Shown: positions 47,801 to 60,637, counted from the stretch's first letter. The stretch: 64,000 nucleotides of DNA from Lepidodermella squamata (GCA_047495785.1 JBLDXI010000009.1:5456001-5520000); one strand, 5' to 3'. Notes: generated from the letters alone by a model not told the origin. Numbers and translations: made by a program.

Positions 47801-49997
47801 TTTCCGCGAGCTGTCTAGTCAGATTGGCGTGGTAAAAATTTATTTAACCTGCTTCAATTAATAATAAATGTAAAATCCCATCTTGCATGCAATCACAGCG
47901 TATGGAGCATACTCGACCCGATCGAGATCTGTACCTTGATATTTTTTCGCCAGCGCTGTAAGTTGATATTACAGCTGTGACTGCTTGAATTTGGCCTAAC
48001 AATCTCTTGAGCCCAGTTTTGCAACATACAAGGAAGAAAACTTCAACGATTACGGCGTTCCATTCGATTATGCTTCAGTCACCCTGGTTCATCCCACGAC
48101 TGACATGTTATCTAATAGCGGCAGTTTCTTGCCTAAAGATTTGCGCTACGTTGGCGCGATGAATGGCGCATTTCCAACATTTAACAACATAAAATACTTG
48201 AACATGCTTTACGACTGTTTGGGTGCGTGTGACTTGCGCAATGTCTTATCATTGTAAAGCTGTTGAAATTTTCAGCGAACTGCACTGGTCCAGCTCCTGA
48301 TTGCAAGCACGGTGGCTACCGCAATCCAAAAGCTTGTGACAAGTGCCTGTGCCCACCTGGATTCGGCGGCCCATCCTGCGACTCGTTGCCACCTTTTGCT
48401 GGTGAAACATGTGGTGGTGTTATCAATCTTCCACCTTGCACTTCAACAGCCATTCAATCGCCGAACTATCCGAACCCTTATTCCATGGGAAGCAGTTGCT
48501 CGTGGCGCGTTGTCAGCTCTACGGTGACTTGTGTCTAACTTCCGAAGTTTCCGAATAGCTTGTAATCTATTTCAGCCCGGCATTGTGTTCGGTTTTGACG
48601 GGAAACCTGATTTGACAGTTGGACTATGTAATTTATTGGAATTTTGATTTTTATCCCGATTCTCATTGACTGGAAAATTAAAGTGATCTGCAAAATCAAG
48701 ATTGATAAAAGCCGCTTTTTACCCCTCTTTTACCTTAATGGATATTTGAATAACAACAAACTAACAGTTTACGATTCATTTTGTTTATAGTTTACGACGG
48801 CTACTCCGACTTCCCAGAATATAACAGAACCTACACTGACACATGTTTGGACTACGTTGAATTCCGGAATCCAGAAGATGGCACCTTGCCATATCCGCGA
48901 TTTTGCTCGTACGGCGTCACGTCGGGTAAAATCTACGAAACCAACAACAACACAGCTGTGTTGTACTTCAAAGCCAATTCGAAAAGCCCAGGCAAAGGTT
49001 TCAGGCTCATCGCAAGATCGAGTTGCCCGACGGACAACAAGCAGGAGCTCAGGCTGACGGCGAGTGGTTACGACTACGAAGGCAAGGCTAGTACGACAGC
49101 TAACGGCACGAATTGTCTGCCCTGGCCACCAATCACTAATTGGGTTGAACAGTATTATGAGATGCTGAAATTTCCGAGAGGACGTGTCAACGAATCGGGC
49201 AATTTCCTCCGCAACCCTGAGTCAAAGCCGACTGGCCTCTACTGTATCACTGTAGATGGGCCGCAGAATGGCATAAATGTACCAGTCACTCCCATCGGTA
49301 ATTCTTTTTTAGTTCTTCCTTCAGCGAAACCATATCGCGGGGTGGGCGACAGAACGACGTGACTAAAATAGAAACAAATGGCGTAAAACTATTTTTTGCA
49401 TCTCGGCCAAGTCAGTCGCGTGCCGGAAAAACTGAGTGCCAGCTTTTTCTATGCATCAAAAGCATTACGCCATTTGTTTCTATTTTAGTCAGGTCGTTCT
49501 GTCGCCCACCCCGCGATATATTATTCTGGAAATGAAGTAACAGAATTAGCCTCAACATTATATTTTTCTAGCAAACATCACTGATTCAACATCGAATAAC
49601 TCTACAACGTCCGATAATAAGGTTCGCTTCCGATGCGGTTCGATTGCCTCGAAGCGTTTCGTAGCTTGCCGTATCAAGTGCAACAACGCGACTGAATTCA
49701 CATTCCTAAGCCACGGCACTGTTTTTGAAGACAAATGCACCACTGCGGTAAGTACATCTTAACGGATTTCAGGTGAAATCGAAATGCTCATGAATTTTGT
49801 TTAGACTGCGAGGAAGTGCTTCTCGGCTAGCAGAGGCGCCAGGTGTGATGGCAAGTGCGATGTTGGGGAAACGGAAGTAAGCATTTAACAATTCTAATTG
49901 AATGCTCCTATGACTTTTTAACTATCAGGTCGATCGCTACAACAAGTACTTCCCGTTCCAGAAGAACATCGACCTGTGCTTGGGATTGATCAAGTGA
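44891..49997 (+). CDS. Secreted astacin-like (M12A) pseudo-protease with EGF, CUB, kringle-like and Cys-rich C-terminal modules, multi-exon
   Basis: Signal peptide MMRLFRYIALIIMACSALA; ALEFWKQNTCFDY; EHTRPDRDLYLDI; YGVPFDYASV; EGF CKHGGYRNPKACDKCLCPPGFGGPSC; CUB IQSPNYPNPY, CLDYVE; kringle-like GYDYEG..STTANGTNCLPW..NFLRNP. Confidence 0.8.
46169..46965. mobile_element. Non-autonomous Tc1/mariner-pogo-type element in an astacin-gene intron
   Basis: TA|CCGTAAATTGAGGCAAAATG...CATTTTGCCCCAAATGACGG|TA; subterminal TTTGCCCC/GGGGCAAA repeats; internal inverted repeat at ~46448-46470 and ~46604-46626. Confidence 0.8.
47205..47490. mobile_element. Degenerate fold-back/MITE in an intron
   Basis: Imperfect inverted arms of about 100 bp (e.g. 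GAATTCTCGTTCGAAAAAATGTAA / TTACATTTTTTCGAACGAGAATTC). Confidence 0.65.
49335..49516. mobile_element. 182-bp MITE with ~50-bp TIRs and TA TSD (Tc1/mariner-type) in an intron
   Basis: TA|TCGCGGGGTGGGCGACAGAACGAC..GGCGTAA ... TTACGCC..GTCGTTCTGTCGCCCACCCCGCGA|TA. Confidence 0.9.
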
Positions 49998-50302
49998 TGA
50001 TTTATCCGAATGACACTTCGACGTTCAGATGCCAGCCCTATCAACCTATCAGCTAGACAGCTGAATGCAGCTAGCAATTGGTATAGAGAACTTGATTAAG
50101 AATGATTCTGTGGAAAGATTATTTACTAGAAATTATTTATTTTTTCTGATTTTCCTGCGCCAACTAGCGATTTGATTCTCTCTAATAATGTGCTTTCCAG
50201 GTGACAATTCTCTTGCTCAATAAAATATGTTTATTCACGAAATTAATATCGCATTTTCCGAAATATCTATGACCAGAGAAAGGCTATTTGTTGCACCGTA
50301 CA

Positions 50303-50319
50303 GCTTCTGTGGCGCAATT

Positions 50320-50359
<40 letters not shown>

Positions 50360-50376
50360 GAGCCCACCCAGGAGCG
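50303..50376 (+). tRNA. tRNA-Asn(GTT)
   Basis: Reverse complement of 29918-29991. Confidence 0.95.
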
Positions 50377-50465
50377 CAAGCTTTTTGTTCATCAGACTGT
50401 TTCAAGCAAAGATGCCATAACAAGAAAGCCAACTCCTGGACCGACAGAATCAGGCAAAAACTTAG

Positions 50466-50547
50466 TGGCAGCGGTGGGATTCGAACCCACGCCCCCGAAG
50501 AGACTGGTGCCTTAAACCAGCGCCTTAGACCGCTCGGCCACGCTACC
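50466..50547 (-). tRNA. tRNA-Leu(AAG)
   Basis: Reverse complement of 29749-29830. Confidence 0.95.
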
Positions 50548-50616
50548 TTCTAGCGTAAATGCTGTCGGCAACGGCAGTTGGTTTGCAATGCAACAACAGG
50601 AGCGCAAAAAATCAAG

Positions 50617-50688
50617 TTCCCTGACCGGGAATCGAACCCGGGCCGCCGCGGTGAGAACGCGGAATCCTAACCACTAGACCATCAGGGA
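50617..50688 (-). tRNA. tRNA-Glu(CTC)
   Basis: Reverse complement of 29608-29679. Confidence 0.95.
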
Positions 50689-51585
50689 AGTGTTTCCACT
50701 CTTCAGAATGGATTTGGAAAACATCACCTGATTTCTTTACCTGCTGATACACAGAATGATTGTGTTCATCTACACTGAAATAACTGAATTTGACTTTGTG
50801 TTGCAGATTTGGAACTTCAGCAAGACTGCACTAATCGCTCCTCAACAGTCAAATCGATTACTGACGCTTCAAAACTGGTAAGGACTACATAGTCTTCAAA
50901 TTATTTTGTTTTATTCAGCCTTTTTTCGTCCTTTTCACATCTGTTACAATAACATAGATAACAATTTCCATTGTTAATACAAGAGACGACACATCTGTTT
51001 CCATTCAATCGATTACAACGAAGATAACGAAGAGGAGTCGACAAATGATAACAGGCAATTGATTCGAATGTCGCGTGCGCCAAAATACACAATAATTCTT
51101 GTCTAAAACTCTTACATTCGACACTTATCCTCATCAACTTTTACAGAGTACAGTATATAGGAAGAAACAGGCACAATCACCGATAATAGCTTTTCACAGC
51201 GTATTTCGCCGAGTTTTCGACAACTCGTGGCTTCAAAGGTACATAATAAAGTACCATATTTACACTTAGGTAATGCACGAGTTTTGCTATTCCTTCATCC
51301 TTCATCTTATATTATAGCGAATGTTAACCGGATAGGACCAGCACCAGTACGCAGTATGCTCTAGTTACATAGTTGTATGCTTATACGCGGATATCCGAGG
51401 AAGAAAAATAGGCGGTTATGACGACGACAACAACGCTGGCTGGTCGGAGGATGCAGTGTCGAATCACAGCTTGTTGGCCTCTTATAACTTTTATTTCTCG
51501 CTATTACACATTTGTTGTGATGATGATGCATTATTTTTTATTGAAGTGGAGTGGAGCTTGCTTTTTTATTCAAATCACTCTCATT

Positions 51586-53788
51586 TCAGCCGAGCGATGG
51601 GAACTCGTCGGCGCTCTTCAGATCGGGCGCCACCTTGGCCTTGGCGGCGGCCGCCTTCTGCGTCGCCATCGCCAGGCCCGACCCGGCCGGGCGCGACGGC
51701 CCGCCGAGTGCGGACGGGGGCGGGGCGGCCGGGGCCTGTTGGCGGCGCAGGTGGGGCGGGACGTAGCCGCCCGGCTCGGCCGCCGGAGCCGCTGCGGCTG
51801 CCGCAGCTGCTGTCGGCGCTGGCGGTGCCGTGGTGGCGGGCGAGTGTTCGCGGGGAGATCGGCTGCTCTCGCTCGAGGTGAGCGCGCCGCCGGCCTGGCC
51901 GCGCAGGTGCTTCGGCACGTAAACGCCGGCTGGAGCGGGCTCGTCGCTAGCCGCGACAGGCACAGGTTCGGGCTGTAAAACAAATTAAATGAGTAAATTC
52001 ATTGAAATTCCAAACGAAAACAACGATGAGACTCCAAACGATGTTTAAACTTAATAGCACAGGGCCAAAAAATGCAAGACATATTTTCCCGTTTCCCGTT
52101 AATTTTCTGCAGATCTTCGTCTGCATTTATCCTTCACAATTATGCCCAATATTGTTCTCGCCAGATTTTGAAAATAACCGCATTCAACGATGAAGTAAAG
52201 GATAGGTTTAAAATATAATTTTGGGAATAGACCGGTTCATAATTTCCTGTCAGTAAGAAAACCGTGAAGTGACACCTCAACAAGGCTAGCTATTGCAGCT
52301 ACATCGCTGCGAAGAAGTTGAGGCGCAATCGACGGGTACAGGCGTTTGAGGTTGTTTTCAGTGACGAATTCAAATTCAGCTCGAATTCCGATGGTATCAT
52401 CCGTCGGGGAGTGATTCTATCCAGATTGAACCGAGGGTCCATCCAAGGCTCGAATCTCAGAGATCTAATCACGGCCGATGGCGCCTTCCATCTTAAGCGC
52501 GTGCATGGGCGAATGAACCGATTCGGTTACATTGATGTCCTGGAGGCGGCGATTTGCCAGAGGGCATGGAATTTCAGCAAGATAACGCGCCTATTCACAA
52601 GGCTCATGACCTGGCGTCAATGTCCTCGGAGAGTGCCCGCAATACATTTGTTGCAGACTCGACATTGTCAACGTTTAAAGTTTTGGCCAGGCACTCGTCT
52701 TCAAGTTCAAGCTTCAACGAGGCAACATTTTTGTGAAATTTGGTCAAATTCGGAGACATTCAAAACTTGCGAAGTGAATTCATCTCTGTTACTAGTGTTT
52801 AATAGTATCACTGTCCGTCAATGTTCATTATCGAACTCCTTAGAGAAAATTTTGTAGCGGACGGATTGCGAAGGGTGGATATAATAGCCTTCAACAAACA
52901 ACAAGAGAATGGCGGTACACCGATACTGAAAACCCGGTTCGAGAAAAATCTGCTAAGCTACCGGAGTCGAACTGGATAAACGAGCTCATTACGAGCCCTG
53001 CGTTGAATATTTTAGAGAAAACTAAAAGAAATTTCGAAACTTTCCAACGATTTATAAAGGATTTACAAATTGTGAGCGAAATGGCAACGAAATTCATCAA
53101 TGTCTTGCATGAGGTCGAAAAAATCCCCAATTATTTTGATCATAGTGAAAAATCTCACCTTTTTCGCAGGTTCTGGCACAGGTTCGGGTTGCTTGGCCGG
53201 GGCCGGGATAGCCGGCGCCTCGACAGGCGGGATGGGCTCGGCCTCAACGGCGCTCAGCTTGGACCAGCCCTTCGCCGTAGTCGGCCCGGTCGCGGCCGCC
53301 GCTTTCTCCGCCTTCTCCGCCTTCGCCCGCCGGTCCGCCGGAATCTCCGACAGGTCCTGTAGCTTCGACGCCGCCGGCGCCACCAGCAGCAGCAGCTTGT
53401 CATCTGCCGCAGCCGCCGCCGCGTCGCGCTTCTTGCGCGAGTGGTGCGCCGGTGCAAACTCGCGCTCCGGGTCGATCCACTCGTCATCCTCGGGCCGGTG
53501 GATGGCCGCCTGGGCCGCGACCCGCTCCGCCAGCTCCGCGTCCAAGTCTGCGTCGACCGCCTCGCTGGGCTCGGGCGGCGGCGCGTACTCGAGTTGGCCG
53601 GCCGCGTCCGCGTCGTCCGGCGTCAGCCACGCCGAACTCTGGGCGTAGGCGGCGGCTTCGCGATCCGCCTTCGCCTTGGCGCGTTTCAGCGCGAGGCGTT
53701 CCTGCTTGCGGCGGTCCTTTTCGCGGAAGAACGAGTCGAGGTCCTCCTCGCCCGCCTCGACTACCAACGCCGGTCCGTCGTCTTCCAT
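51586..53788 (-). CDS. CDV3: CDV3 homolog; exons 53788-53159 and 51972-51586
   Basis: N-terminal DLDSFFREKDRRK, DDEWID, YVPKHLR/YVPPHLR and C-terminal APDLKSADEFPSLG, all typical of CDV3. Confidence 0.8.
52228..52860 (+). mobile_element. Degenerate Tc1-family transposase remnant in the CDV3 intron
   Basis: VVFSDEFKF, GRMNRFGYIDVLE and, in a shifted frame, FQQDNAPIHKA. Boundaries are approximate. Confidence 0.8.
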
Positions 53789-54988
53789 TGCAGTTCTTGA
53801 GAGTAGTCTACCAGATGGTACAATTGGTGTATAAAACGGGCAGTGATACCCTTGCGGGTATACGCAGCGCAAGTTAACTACAAAAACAAAGCAAATCGCA
53901 TTTCAATTGATAATCCTTTTATTACATTTTTATTCATTTTTTGCATCGCGAGGCGAAAAATCGAATCAACGGCAAAATACATTTCGAGAATCTATAATTT
54001 GAATCCTAGACCTAAACTTTTTAGTCCGGAATTTCTTAAAATTATCCAAAATTTTACATCATTTTCTTTCGATTGCAACATCTAGCTCAATTTTAAAACA
54101 TACATTTCACAGGAAACTTGAAAAAATAATTTTGAATTTTTTCAACAGAGAAATTTCCCTCAAATCTTAACTCGAAATTTTATGATCTATCATCTTTGCG
54201 ATTATTCACAATTTCTCGAATATTTTGTCGTTTTGTTTCGATTTCTCGCGCAAAATGTCGTGTTTTATTAGCAAAGAGCAAATACAGAAGAAAACTAGAC
54301 GGTGAAACAAGAAAATTTACGCCTCATCGAACAGCCGAGAGTAAACAACACGTTAGAATTTTACATTCAAAAAAGAAACGGAAAATCGAACCAGTTAAAA
54401 GTTTGTAATTTCACTCAATCACACAACTTTGAGCGATAGTAACACTGTGCTGTTGTTCCTCAAATACGAATCAAAATAGGCGAAAATTTCCGACCGGCTC
54501 TATGCTTGTGTTCGTAAAAATGAAATTTATCATTTGTCCGTAATACAACAAGATTATAATATATTAGCATATATTTCAAGCAAAGTGACAGGCGTGTATC
54601 AAAAATCTGAAGCGGTGGATTATGTTCATAATTATTGGTCTCGCTGGCTGGAGGCACTGGATTTCAGTAATATTTTCGAAATTATAATTGGCGGGAGGGA
54701 ATAATGATTGAGGAATGACTAGGGCCTCAATTAGAACGGGAAAAATTGGCAAGGCGAAACTCATGTACAGGACACCAGATTGAAAACACCAAAAAATCGA
54801 CAACAAATCACTGAACCATCGGCTAATATTGCTACGTCAGTCGTTCACAATCAAAAGTAGTCGAGTGATGATGATGATAAAAATAGAACAAAAAACGCGA
54901 CAATTTTCTATCCATTTTCGTCGATAAAACTAGAGACAGAAAAAATACTGCAACTAAATCAAAGCACCGCGTGGAATTTTCAAATAAT

Positions 54989-56912
54989 TCAGGAAGCAGG
55001 CGGGTGGCTGATTATCTCAGGCGAAGCTGGCGTGGCATTGTTCGGTAGCTCGTGTTTGAGATCCATCGATGATTCACTACTGCTCAGGCAATTGCCATTC
55101 ATCACTGATTTCACGTCGGGCGATTTGATATCTCCGTTCATGGTCGCCGGTTTTTGTTGACTGTCAGTGCTATCAAGTGGCTGTTGTTCTTGTGTTTGTT
55201 CTTGCAGGCCGCGATTTCTGAATTTTCGCCACCGGGCCACGATGAAATTGGTAAAATCGATAACGAGCGGTGCTGTCAGTGATTTCACCATGTTCAATAT
55301 GACAAATGCGATGTAAATCGCGTCGATCAGGATGACGAGGTAGACACTTGACGGCTGAAGTAACAACCAGTCGGACGATGACCGGAAGCCGGATAACAGT
55401 TGGAAATTGGTCAGACCAAGGCAGGCTGAAAACGGCGGGAATGCCTTGAAAAATCGAAAAAATATACATTATTACATACAACATTACATACAAAATAATT
55501 ATTTACCTGGGCAAGTAGGATCCAGAGGGCACAATTGAGGATGAGTCGCGTCATCGGAGTATCGCCTCGCTTCGGCGTTATCCACCGAAAAACAGGCAAA
55601 TTGTAAATACCGATAAACGCAGCAATGGCACAAGACAATTGAAGGAGTAGCCCTAGCGACGACCCGAAAATTCCCAATCGTGACAGCGATTCATGTCCTA
55701 ACCGCAGCTGATCATCATACGTCGCAATGGTCAACCGATTTGTGAGGGCCCGTTCAAATAAATTGAACATAGTGCTCAAGCTCGATAGCACGGCTAATGC
55801 GAAAACGAGACAGGCCATTAATAGTGGGGATAAGTGGTGTAATAGGGTCGAATGATTTGACAGCCAATTTAGAACAGAACGAACTATACCAGCTTTCACC
55901 TCCAATTGCTGTTCAAGGAACCGTAACTCACGATTTATGATATCTAAGCGAGGATCTTCGTGATTGATATCGCCATTTCTATGTCTTCGTCTTAGCAAAA
56001 CTTCTTTTTCCATGATTAAAACATCAGTTCGTTCCGAGGGCGAGTAGTTTTGATTCAACGCAGCTGTAAATGGCGTCATTTGAGGATTGTTCGCTGGCTG
56101 CTGGTTGCTTGGGCGATTAATGAAAGGAAGTGATCGCCTCGCAGCCGAGCGGAATGCAACCGCGTAGCCCACTGGCGTGGCTAGTAGTAGGAAAACGAAG
56201 CCGAGGGCGGTGACGAGCCGGTCAAGGAAACGAGTCACGTCGGAGAGTTCAAGTTCTTCGTATGAGAAGAACAGCGCCATGCCGAGGAATACGAGACCAA
56301 TGAGGACGAATGCGACGAGCAGCATGACAATAATGGCTTCGTATACGCGAGCCATCACGCCTTGACGCATGCCGACAAATCCAATCGCTTCCGTAAATAA
56401 ATAAATGAACGGCAAGAGCAAGAAAATGAGGGCGCGAGAAAAGTAAAACGTCAGATCCCATAGTTCTGAAAACGACACAATCAAAATTTACGAACAAAAC
56501 ATGTCTACTAGGACTTACTCGTTACTAGAGATCCATTCACCCATTGTAAATAATAGCTATCAGGGTACATGAGCAAAATTTCGTTGCTTGCCACTGATGC
56601 TGGCAGCAAAAGAGAGCATAACAAGGCCGCAGATAAAGAAAATACGCATATCAAGTATGCCGCGTGATAGACGGTCGTATCTTCTTTGTCGTTCGCCGAG
56701 AAGTCATCGATTTCAGGCTCGCGCCGAAAAAGCAATAGAATGCCGTAAGAAGCAGAAATCAAAGTCAGGAATACCAGTAGTGATATCTTGAAATCGGGAT
56801 TAAGCGTAAAAAATAATGAAAAATGAAAAAAACTCACCACCCAGTCTCTCACTAAATCATGAAAGTTTTTCTCTTCAATGGAATAACCACTGTCATTATT
56901 GAATCGATCCAT
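54989..56912 (-). CDS. LMBR1/LMBR1L (lilipod-like) multipass membrane protein, multi-exon
   Basis: EEKNFHDLVRD, SNEILLMYPDSYYLQWVNGSL, LPFIYLFTEAIGFVG, PKRGDTPMTRLILNC. Confidence 0.88.
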
Positions 56913-59131
56913 TCAATAGTAAATCACTCGTAACAAATATGCGAAGATAGTTGGCGCGTATTTAGCACTCAACATGCTTAACCGCCAGAAATTTTGTGAC
57001 TCATAACTATATAGAATCGTCAGAAAACAAATAATTATTTGTGATCTACCAAGTTTCAATATAACAAAGACGAGAATGAGTAGAGATTGACAATCAGCCA
57101 TCAGCAAATTTGGTGATCGCCATAGAAAACGAAACTTCTCGAGTTCAAAGGAAACTACAATCCATGTTCTCGTTCATGGGTCAGGTAAATAAATTCGAAC
57201 CAGCAGAAATCTTCAGTCTTTCCTTCCCTCACTTGAGGACAGTCGAAATCTCGAAATCGTACGAAATCGCAAGTCGTCGCCAAAAGCGCCACATACAATT
57301 AACCTTCTAGAAAAATATAAAATATTATAAGATTTTATTTTATTTTATTAGTTTTACTCTTTCTCAACATTCATAATTTTTAAATTTAAAATTTGCGCGC
57401 GCCAGTATGGTAGCAAATGATAAACTATCAACTATCGAATCTTCACACAACAATCGGGGTCGGAGTTTTGTGGAAAAATAATTATATAATTAAAAAATAA
57501 AAATTTCTGAAAGCTCAGAATTTATTCAGCTTTATAATAAAAGAGAAAACCCGTTTTGAAGTCTTGCGGTTTGCGAGATCGCTGCGGTTGCGACGACTTG
57601 TGAGCTTTGCGTTTTGCGTAAGGGGGCCTGTAGTTGCTAACCAGTAACCTGTCCTGGTGGTTCCTGTTGGGCCTCACTGAGTTTTATTTGGTTGCTATTG
57701 TACTAGAAAGCATGTAGATGGCCACAAGCTATTGCAATATCTCGTTTACCTTTTTAAAACATGACACTCATGACTCGAAATGCTTTTATCCACTCACAGA
57801 TCTCAAGTCTCATAAAGTCAGGCAGACTTGTGTATTCTATTCATGTGTCTTATTTGCATGATTTATTTTAGAGTCAGAGATTGCTAGCCCTTTCTAGGCA
57901 ATGACTTTCATTTGGCAGTTGTGTTTTCAAGCTTTTCGTAGGCTTTAAGCAGCAGCTGATAATACAAAACGGCATTTGTTTTCTTACAGGGATTTATCAC
58001 TCATTTATAAAGGTGATGTTGTTCCTAGAAGTTATTAACTTGTTATAATAGAATACTATGCGTCCACGTTACTCTTGTCTTCTCGTTCCAATGCTGATGA
58101 CGGAGGCAGTTGGCAGTTACGCAGTTACGCAGATTGCTTCAAATCACAAGAAGTTATGGTTGAGAAAGTCACGAAATCTGGCTGCCGAGGCTGAAGTATT
58201 TACATTTGATCTGTCAATCTGCAAGCGGCAAATCATTCTTTATGGCTAGAACTACTGTCACTCGATTAACTGCACGAGTTGAGGAAATTACCGTCGAGCT
58301 CGATAAATCTCTGCAATATCGGATCTTGATGATCCCGCGCGTATTTTTTGAAGTCATGCAAGCTGACTGTCAAGTTCGAAGCGCAGTTATGGATTGGTGG
58401 TATTGCTGGTCAGTTCATCTAATGATATTTAACTGAGAAGATTTAAGGAGAGAGCGTTTACGTATTTCTCAAAATGCAAATCAGTGAACCATCGCCTAGT
58501 CCGTTCATTGGTGCTCTGTGTTCGACACCTAGATCTATTTGCATCTGTTGCTGTTATCAATTTGGCATGCTGAAATGAATGAAGGCGCTTCTATTTTTCC
58601 TTCCTGCTATGGCTGTTACTCATGATCATTGGAGTCTTCTGAAATTCATCTCTGTTAGTGATCAGTGATGAATGTTTCGCGGCTTCCTTGATGGTTGCAT
58701 CGTCAATCAATTTAAAAGAAAATGCTGTTGAAATACTAGTAGCCGAATATGATGCTATGATCGAGGAATTTCTGACAATTTGTCGTTACAGTTTGGGATT
58801 TATTCTTGATCAATAGGCCGGCATCGTGTAGTGACCTGCTCTGCAAATCTATGGACGGTGAATGCTGAAATGAAAATCAAGCTTACTTCTAAATGATCGC
58901 CTTGCAGTTAAAGCTGACTATCATGCACTAATCTAGTCGCATCGGAGTTGTTGTTCATTACGGTTATGATTACGAATGCCATGTAACTGAACAAAAATTG
59001 TGACGTTTACAGTTTTTGGCACACATAACAATTAAGCTTTAATAAATAAAAGAACATCATATTGGAAATGAAGGCCATTCTTGTTTGATTAATTATTTCT
59101 TAATTTTTTGAATCCGAAATATACTCGCAGG

Positions 59132-59570
59132 ATGCCAAAGGGTGATTTGCCCGAAGAAGATCAAAAGGTGAGGAACAAGCTTAAAATTTTACATCTCAAC
59201 TTGTAAATTTTTTAATTCTAAATAGTTGTCCCAAAAACGTCCATTGACGTCATCGACATCTACCACCTCAGCCACATCGCAGCCAGGAACGCCGGCACCG
59301 CCTAAACGTAGCCGAGTCATCACTGAAGAACAAGCCATCGTTGATTCTGATGAAAAGCCTGCCAAATCTACTTTTGAAGAAAGGCTCATGGCTGACTCGG
59401 AAGAAGAACCGGAGGGAAGTTTTGAGTCTGAAACAGAAAGTGATTTCAGCTACCACACCAGCGAATCAAGCCTGGAATACACTGAAATTATAAAGAAGCG
59501 GCAGCTCGGAGATGCCTGGTACGACGAAAGTGAAGGGAGCGATGAAGATGACCTCAATATATCAAAATAA
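59132..59570 (+). CDS. Small acidic orphan protein with basic NLS-like motifs (2 coding exons)
   Basis: cgcag|G-ATG; MPKGDLPEEDQK|gtgag..aatag|LSQKRP..PPKRSR..; E/D/S-rich tail. Confidence 0.5.
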
Positions 59571-60637
59571 TACGGTGACTTCTGTGTATTATTCCATTTT
59601 TCATTTTTTCCCTTCTCTCTACTTTCATGTTGCTCACCGTCGGACATGCTCACTTAAGATTTGTTGCTTATTGCTTAGACTGTGTCCTTTCAATAGTTTT
59701 CTCAGTGTAATCGAAACTAGATTCCCTGGTATGAAATCACTGACGGTTTCCCACTCGAAACTTCCTCCGGTTAATCCGTTGCGAAAATATTAAACTGTGC
59801 CTTCAGATATGCGCAAATTCATATTAAACAATATCTGACTTTGTGCCTTTCTTATTTGTTCAGCTCGGTTTGATTATTTTACACCTTGAAACACTACGAC
59901 TAGCGGAAAATTAACTTCAGAAATAAATATAATGAAAATATCTATTTGTTTACTTTTTCCTCCTACTCATATTTCGTCGCACGGTATTTTCCAATATCGA
60001 GACTTCTTGTCCATGTTTTTCAGCCACGGTGGCCGAGTAAGGAGAAAGTTTTGCGAAACAAACATTCGAATCAAGTCGCCAACTTGGCATGCGGTAACTC
60101 GTAAAACTCGTAAAACACGTACCTATGTGACTCAGCTGGGCTCCAAATCGAGTGAAAAAATGCATTTCCATTTTTTCGAAATACCTTTCGGTGTTGTACG
60201 CGTCGAGAATAAACTGCTTATATGACAATTTTACTGACGCTGGGAGATAGTCGGCACACGAGGAGGAGGTAGAAAATAACGGAATGAAATATACTACAAA
60301 TACTAATGCAATAGTATTTTATATCGCAAAACTGTTGTTTTTTCCAAGACTGAAGTAAACCTAAATAAAGTTGCGTTTTTTTCCACAATAAAAAGAAGAA
60401 AAATAGTTAATAATAATGAGTAGATAGAAGACCAATGGGCAGCAATTATTTTCCTGTCAGTTTAGAGAATATGCATCGAGTACCTGTAATAGAGGATTGG
60501 AAAAAGAGAAAACGCAATAAATGCTTAAATTGTAAAAATTGAGACACTGTTACGCAACAATGCGCGGGTGGATTTGTTCATCGCGATTCATCGGTATTAG
60601 TATTAAATTTTTCATAAGCTGTGGACATTTTTGCGAA

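Noticed and set aside
10260-50690. CRISPR-like or prokaryotic/phage tRNA-array interpretation of the repeats
   Set aside because: There is no repeat-spacer periodicity and no cas genes. The tRNAs are eukaryotic type (AAC/AAG/AGG anticodons, no encoded CCA), on both strands, among intron-containing genes.
57700-58950. Possible multi-exon gene on the minus strand (fragment LHDFKKYARDHQDPILQRFIELD)
   Set aside because: I could not assemble a consistent open exon chain or recognise a family; it needs RNA-seq.
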